A stretch of 64,000 nt of DNA, from assembly GCA_951406725.2 (NCBI GenBank), contig OX597833.1, forward strand, positions 63,612,001-63,676,000, written 5' to 3'. Source of the DNA: Octopus vulgaris (taxonomy: Eukaryota). The notes beneath the pieces were generated by a model, which did not search any database, had not been told where the DNA came from, and saw only the letters and a program-made list of their open reading frames with translations. The position numbers and the translations under genes were made by a program. Below are positions 54,983-64,000 of the stretch, one piece after another (position 1 is the first letter of the stretch; each line of letters starts with the position of its first letter).

Positions 54983-55207
54983 CCATCGTAGCCATTAAAT
55001 ATTTTGCATACATATCCCGTCCAGGCGTTCTTCGGTTGCCATTTCAGAAAAGAAGAGTAAAAACGACTATTAAAAAGAAACGGAAACTTGCAAAAATCAG
55101 AGACGCTTATAACGGGCATATTATTGACATTTAACGTTTCTATAATTCCGCAGTTGTTAACTTCCAGTAAATTAATCCTCCCGCCAGGTACATTCACATT
55201 TCCATGG

Positions 55208-55283
<76 letters not shown>

Positions 55284-55575
55284 TTTTATTGTTGTCTGTG
55301 TTTATTTTATTATATTTAAAAAATTTTTTTCCGTATTATAGTTAAATCTATCTATGTGGCTGTATCCTGATCGGTTATTTTTTATATTTTCCAATGTGCA
55401 TAGATAACGACTTTCATTGTATTGTGTTCCACTAAAGATTATCCTGTATATATGCGTTGACGCTTTGGTATTTTATTACATGATATGTAGAAATACATGG
55501 GTGTGCGTATGTGTCTCTATGTGCATATTTGTATAATTATGTAGATATGCATAATACATACATCCACACACATAC

Positions 55576-56432
<857 letters not shown>

Positions 56433-56476
56433 TTTATCTATAAAATATAGCGGCATACGTACACTTTGGTCTCTCT

Positions 56477-56561
<85 letters not shown>

Positions 56562-56773
56562 AAGAGAGATGAACAAAAGCATTCCATCATGCAAAAAAAC
56601 CCCGTTTTCTTCAGGTGAATAGAGAAAATGTAACACATAATTATATGCATAATAAACACACACACACACATATTTATATATATACATATATTACTTACAT
56701 ACCTGTGTATGTATGTGTGTGTATGCATGTGTCTATGTATGTACAAGCGAATTATATAAACACACACACACAC

Positions 56774-56812
<39 letters not shown>

Positions 56813-57217
56813 CTGCCTTATCTTCGACGCATTGCACATAAGTGGTTCGTTAAAAACTTCACACACACACACACACACACACAAACACAGACACACACAC
56901 ACACACACACGTATACATACATACGAATTAAAAGTCCCTTTAGCGTTGAAATGATCTGTAAAATTAAAACGCTAAGGAGACATTTTAAATCGCTCGGGGA
57001 AAGTCAGAGCAAACGTAAGCAGTGGAGTTAATGGCGGAGCTTTTGTAAAGTAATTGGTTGGAATTTCACAAAATTGATGTAAGCGTTCCTTTAATCGCTC
57101 GTCCCTATTAATATTTCGGCAGCCCTTTCTTCCTCTCCTATCAATTATTCCTTAAATCGCCATATCGATTCTGCTTTCTATCTTTCCGTCTGTCATTCTG
57201 TGTCTAATTTCTTCCCG

Positions 57218-57319
<102 letters not shown>

Positions 57320-57427
57320 ATGTCTGTGTGTTTATGTGGGTATGTACATGTTTATGCATAAATGTATACACATATATATATATATTTATATATATATATA
57401 TGTGTATATATATATATATATGTGTGT

Positions 57428-57471
<44 letters not shown>

Positions 57472-57709
57472 ATACATATATATATGTATATATATACGTA
57501 TATCAGCATTTCTTCATGTGTGTGTGTGCATATATATATATATGTGTGTGTGTATGTGGGTATGTATATGTATATGCATAAATGTGTATATATTTATATA
57601 TGTATATATATATACACACACATGAAATCTCTAAGGACCCAGGCAAAATACTTTATACGTACACTTGCACGCATATATGTATACATCTATGTGTGTGTGT
57701 GTGTGTGTA

Positions 57710-57743
<34 letters not shown>

Positions 57744-57830
57744 CTTGTGTATGCATGTGACAGCGAGACAGAGCAACAGAAGAAAATGACAGAGGTTAAT
57801 GAGAGACATGTGTGTGTTTGTGTGTGTGTA

Positions 57831-57874
<44 letters not shown>

Positions 57875-57926
57875 CACACACACAAACATGCATACATAAA
57901 TATATATACATATATATGTATATATG

Positions 57927-57969
<43 letters not shown>

Positions 57970-57996
57970 ACATAATGCATACATAAATATATATAC

Positions 57997-58057
<61 letters not shown>

Positions 58058-58101
58058 CATACATGCATACATAAATATATATACATATATATGTATATAT
58101 G

Positions 58102-58137
<36 letters not shown>

Positions 58138-58586
58138 AATATATCTATAGATATATGTGTGTTTGCATACACACACACACACACACAGACACACACATGT
58201 TTATATCTGTGTGTCCCCCCTTTTAACTCTCCGCTTCTCCTTTTCTCTCTCTCTCCTCTCTAAACAGACTCTTTACAGGCCTATAAAGGTCATTTATCAT
58301 TCCGACTCGGTTTGTTGCTAGCCACACTGATGTAATGGACTCCATAATAATGTGTTTAGCTTAAACACACGCTCCCACTCATGCTCTCCTCTTCCTCTCT
58401 CGCTCCGTCTCTCTCTCTCTCTCTCCCTCTCTCTGTGTTTCTGCTTTTTTCAGTCACTCTCTCCGTTTATCTCTCTCTCTCTCTCTCTCTCTCTCTTCCT
58501 TGTCCTTCTCGATCGCTGTGTGTGACTATGGCTTAGTTTATCATTTTGTCTCCCTGTATCTGTGTACACTCATAAACATACAGCAG

Positions 58587-58711
<125 letters not shown>

Positions 58712-58920
58712 TATATATATATACACATACACACACACACACACACACATACATACACACATATATATACATATATACACACAAACACACAGAGATATAT
58801 AAATATATATATATATACATACATGCACACACACACACATACACACACATATATATATATACACATACACATAGATATATGTATACATGCACAGACACAC
58901 ACACACACATATATATATAT

Positions 58921-59001
<81 letters not shown>

Positions 59002-59316
59002 CATAGATATGTGTATGTGTGTATCTAAGTACGACTTTCTCTTCTTCTGCTGTTGTTGCCATAGAAACCGCCAAAAAATATCTGATGTGGCAATTAAGGG
59101 AATTGGACATTTTCTACAGTCTGCACAAAGACTGTCAGGAACATAGCTGCACAGAGTCTGTGTGTGCTTGTGTGTGTGTGTGTGCGTGGTCGGGCACTTG
59201 TGTGTGTATGTGTGTACGTTCGTGTGTATGTATGTGTGTGCGTGCGAGTGAAGACAGAGAATAAGGAGAGACCACTAGACACACATGCTCATGTATGTGT
59301 ATGTGTTTGCGTATAC

Positions 59317-59380
<64 letters not shown>

Positions 59381-59483
59381 GGACAGGGAGAGAAAAAGAG
59401 AGAAAGTGCCACCTTGGGGAAAACAGAATTATATGCATACATACATACGCACTGACACATGCATATATATATATATATATATG

Positions 59484-59526
<43 letters not shown>

Positions 59527-59532
59527 ACACGC

Positions 59533-59602
<70 letters not shown>

Positions 59603-59604
59603 AC

Positions 59605-59649
<45 letters not shown>

Positions 59650-59926
59650 TATGTGTGTGCATATATATTTATATATACATTGTCACTTTTTCTCTTTCTG
59701 TGTACCCCCACGCATACGTCACGGACATATTTATATATGCATCGGAATGCATATTTTCTTGTGTAGACAATTATGCACAGATCCGGATTCATAGATATAT
59801 CATACATCTAAGCATTATATGTCAGTATATATATATTTAAATATATACACACACAAACATAGACACACACACACACACACAAACACGCGCACAGACACAC
59901 ACCAACACACACACACACAGAAATAT

Positions 59927-60360
59927 AGGCGCAGGATGCAGGAGTAGCCATGTGGTAAGAACCACATGGTTCCAGGTTCAGTCCTACTGTGTGTCACCTT
60001 CGGCAAGTGTCTTCTACTCTAACCTCGGGCTGACGGAAGCCTTGTGAGTAGATTTGGTGGACGGAAACTGAAAGAATCCCGTTGTATATATATATATGTA
60101 TATATATATATACATATATGTATGTATATATGTATATATTTCTGCGTGCATCTTTGTGTCTGTGTACCTCCACCACCGATTGACAAACAATGTTGGTGTG
60201 TTTACGTTCTCCTAAATTAGCTCTTCGGCAAAAGAGAACGATAGAATAAGTGCTAGGCTTACAAAAAAAATAAATCCTGGATTTCATTTGTTCGACTAAT
60301 GGTGGTGCTCCAGCATGGCCGCAATCAAATGACTGAAATAAATAAAAGAATAAAAGAATA
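59927..60360 (+). mobile_element. SINE A
   Basis: Full diverged copy with internal (TA)n. Confidence 0.88.
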
Positions 60361-60455
60361 TATATAATATTATATTAGACAATAAATCAAATCCGAGACA
60401 GACCGAGTATCTCAAGTCGTCGAGAATAATTTAATTAGGGTAAAGTTAATTTGAA

Positions 60456-60531
60456 GTCTTATAGCTGTTTATGGAATAACCCAAGTAGTTGGTTAGCATG
60501 CCTATGCACTGGGTATTCCGTCATCACAGAC
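60456..60531 (-). ncRNA. Decayed hammerhead motif
   Basis: GUCU GUGAUGA C GGAAUACCCA...UGGGUUAUUCC A UAAA CAGCU A UA| AGAC. Stems I and II are intact; three substitutions in the core and stem III. Confidence 0.5.
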
Positions 60532-60600
60532 ATGGTATGCATATTTTAGTTTATATATATATAAATATATAGAAATAAGGAACTAGGATATCCAGAGGTA

Positions 60601-60689
60601 ATGCAGTACGATCGTTTCATGCAACTCCATTTAATTGAACAGTGCAATCATTATCTCAATTTAAAATGCAGAGCAATCTTCAGGTGCAC
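60601..60689 (-). ncRNA. Type I hammerhead motif with a long stem II
   Basis: GUGCAC CUGAAGA UUGC...(extended stem)...GCAU GAAA CGAUCG UA| CUGCAU. Intact core and palindromic ACGAUCGU; the first stem I pair is a C-C mismatch. Confidence 0.7.
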
Positions 60690-60855
60690 AAAGACATAGA
60701 ATTTAATTAAATTAGAACATATAGGTATAGCAACTCCTGTACCTATATGTTCATGGATTTTATATAGATTTTATAAACAGGCATACATACACACACACAC
60801 ACAGACACACATACACACACACACACACACACCGAGTCATATATATATATATATA

Positions 60856-61045
60856 TTTTCATTCTTTCTTGTAATTGTTTCTGTCATTTGACTGCTCTAT
60901 GCTGGAGCACCGCCTTTAGTTGAACAAATCGACTGCAGAACTTATTCTTTGTAAACCTAGTACTTATTCTGTCTCTTTCTTTTACCGAACCGCTAAGTTA
61001 CGGGGACGTAAACACACCAACATAGATTGTTAAGCGATGGTAGAG

Positions 61046-61089
<44 letters not shown>

Positions 61090-61260
61090 CACACACACAC
61101 ACGATTGTCTTCTTTCAGTTTCCGCCTTCAAACTCCACCCCCAACGCTTTTGTTGGCCCGAACCTATAATAGAAGGCACTTGCCCAAGGTGCCACACTGT
61201 GAGACTGAACCCGGAACCATGTGGTTGGGAAGCCAGCTTCTTACCACACAGCCACGCCTG
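60856..61260 (-). mobile_element. SINE A
   Basis: Full diverged copy. Confidence 0.88.
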
Positions 61261-61802
61261 TATAGATTTTGACCATATCGATTACTTTCGGAGCCAGTAG
61301 TATGTACTTATAAGCTGGTTGTTCAGCTTACCAACTTGGTTGCGATTATTCGAATAAGCTGTAGTTTATGGAGAAAAGCCGAATATTATACTTTTACGTT
61401 ATGTGTAAAATTTCTTATACCTTAGTGAACTATTAAAAACAAATAATAAATTTCGGAAGGGTCCTTTAAACGATAATTTCTTCTCTGTGATTTGCTGGTT
61501 CGTAATGGAAAATTTTCTGTTTATTCGGCTTATGGGAGCAGTGAAAGTTATGTAGTAACTGTAGCTAACTTTAACATTGTTTATATCAAAGGTCTTTTAG
61601 TATTCATTGTCTATAGAGAAATGATTACAAATATGGTTAGGAAAATCTTGGCAACATTCGAACAAACAAATTATACTCTAGGGGAGATTGTACCACATAA
61701 TAGCATTTTATACTTTTGCATTCATGAATATAGGCATTGTAATCAATCTTTGAAGCTTCTGTCTTTTAGTATGCCATTGCATTGTAATGACCCTTTTATA
61801 TT

Positions 61803-62156
61803 TTGGCACAAGGCCAGCAATTTTGAGAGGTGAGGAAGTCGATAACATCGACCGCTGCATTCAACTGGTACGTATTTCATTTACACAGAAATGATGAACG
61901 GTAAAGTCGACCATGGTGGCATTTGAATTCATAACGCAAAATCGGAAGAAATCTTGTGAAGGATTTTGTTCGGGGTGGTCAGCATTTTACCAGATCGCCA
62001 CCGTAATGTGTCACTGGGATAATAATTTCTACTAAAGGCACAAAATTTCCAGGGAGGGGACTAATCGATTACATCCACCTCAGTGTTTTCTTGGTGCTTA
62101 ATTTATCAATCCCGAAAGGATTAATGGCAAAGTCGATCTCGGTGGAGTCTGAACTC
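61803..62156 (-). mobile_element. Two diverged SINE B copies
   Basis: aactggtac...aaagtcgac...tgaa.tca motifs occur twice. Confidence 0.65.
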
Positions 62157-62479
62157 ATGCCATCAATCTTCTAAACAACATTGTTAGAAGATTTTTTAAG
62201 TGACTCAACAAGGCGGATGCCTAATATTATTAATAAAACTTCAAAATTTTATTGGAGGATGGTCGGAATGCTTTAAAATATGCTGAAATTACTCGTCGGG
62301 ATTACTATAAACGCAATATTTATCAGTTTAGAAATCTCCAATTACGTAGAAAAAATAATTAAATCTGCTTTGATTTATGTCTCTTAAATCCTTAAACTTC
62401 AAACCCAACTATACAAATATGTTGGCACCACTTCCGCTTAACAGCATCATTGTATGTCCAATAGAGTCTTCGCAAAATG

Positions 62480-63170
62480 AGTAATCGCCTTGGCACAGGA
62501 CCAGAAGTCTTTATAGGATTTTGGTTTACCATTTGTCGAATATCGTATCCAACCAATGACTCTAAAAAGAACCAGGATGCATTCAGTTCTTGTATGATTT
62601 GGGAGTGCCAGCTCAGACTGGTTGGTCACGTTATTCGATTTTCCGATTCTAAGCCTGTTTACTGTGTTCTCTTCACTGGGACTCTGGCCGTGGAGGCACA
62701 TGGCCTAGTGGTTAGAGCAGCGGACTCGCGGTCGAGGGATTGCGGGTTCGAATTTCAGACCGGGCGATGTGTGTGTTTATGAGCGAAACACCTAACGCGG
62801 CTCCGGCAGAAGGTAATGGCGAAACTTCTGCTGACTCTTTCGCCACAACTTTCTCTCACCCTTTCCTCCTGCATCTTGCAGCTCACCTGCGACGGACCGG
62901 CGTCCCGTCCAGGTGGGGAACCTATACGCCAAGGAAACCGGGAAACCGGCCCTTATGAGCCAGACATGGCTCGAGAAGGAACAACCACTCTGGTCGGGTT
63001 CACGGCTTGTGTTATTCGACCACATGGTCACATGGTATGACGCGGTGATGGGGACGGCAAAGAACTCTGTTCAAAGAGGCGCGCAGGAGGACCCGGAAAT
63101 AGTCCGACAAATGGTGAATACAGCAACGCGGTGCACCGGCGCATGCTCCAATACTTGGCCTCATCTGACC
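62480..63170 (+). pseudogene. RTE-like LINE 3' remnant interrupted by SINE C2
   Basis: IWECQLRLVGHVIRFSDSKPVYCVL resembles the RTE C-terminal motif R.RQLR..GHV.R. Confidence 0.55.
62690..62986 (+). mobile_element. Full-length SINE C2
   Basis: tRNA head with A and B boxes; imperfect TSD actctggcc/actctggtc. Confidence 0.9.
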
Positions 63171-63480
63171 CGACAGCACGTGCTACACGCTGCAGAATAC
63201 GTAAATCTATAACCTTACCAAAATAAAAAAAAAACGATTTCAGAGGACTTGACTCTATAATTAATAAATCACCTACACCGTACATAATGAGGATGTGTGA
63301 CATTTCATATCATCTACTGCAATAAATGGTTTTGATGTACTGTTGGTTGCTCATATTTTAATGTTTTTCGAATCTATTTGTTCTTGAATTTCATATTCAT
63401 TTAAAATTCAGCCGTAGGGACAATCGTTAATCATGACACTTAGAGTTGCAAACATACGCATACAGACACAAACACATACA

Positions 63481-63541
<61 letters not shown>

Positions 63542-63633
63542 GTGTGTGTGTGCCTATGTACATATGCATACATATAGACACACGGACACAAACACACAAA
63601 TACAAATACACACACACATATTAGAAAACTTAG

Positions 63634-64000
<367 letters not shown>

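Noticed and set aside
62690-62765. tRNA gene (also 480-557 and 26310-26386)
   Set aside because: These are SINE heads. They continue into shared SINE bodies, have TSDs and lack a proper acceptor stem and terminator.

Overview
This is an AT-rich eukaryotic window almost entirely made of microsatellites ((TA)n, (CA/TG)n, (TACA)n, (TATC)n, (AAT)n, (GAA)n) and transposable elements. I found no recognisable host protein-coding exon, so it is probably intronic or intergenic. The SINE repertoire looks like that of an octopus (coleoid cephalopod); this is recognition from memory, not a database result. Nearly all ORFs in the track are microsatellite artefacts. The only long real ORF is a 5'-truncated but uninterrupted Penelope-like retroelement (RT, Cys linker, GIY-YIG; 49105-50802, minus) inserted in (TA)n. 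Also present: remnants of RTE, CR1-like, L1/Tx1 and R4/Dong LINEs, two mariners, a hAT transposase remnant, a non-autonomous Helitron, and about 30 copies or fragments of at least five tRNA-derived SINE families. Most notable: (1) several unrelated minimal type I hammerhead ribozyme motifs with palindromic stem III, including an intact U3-A8 compensatory-core variant at the 3' end of the PLE, carried by short cassettes that sit in microsatellites, often the (TA)n inside SINE family A; (2) a 20-bp minisatellite amplified from the codons of an RT active site; (3) SINE/LINE shared 3' tails; (4) SINE tail-to-promoter concatemer junctions; (5) a gapless fold-back with 94-bp arms. All structures were folded by eye and need computational and experimental confirmation.
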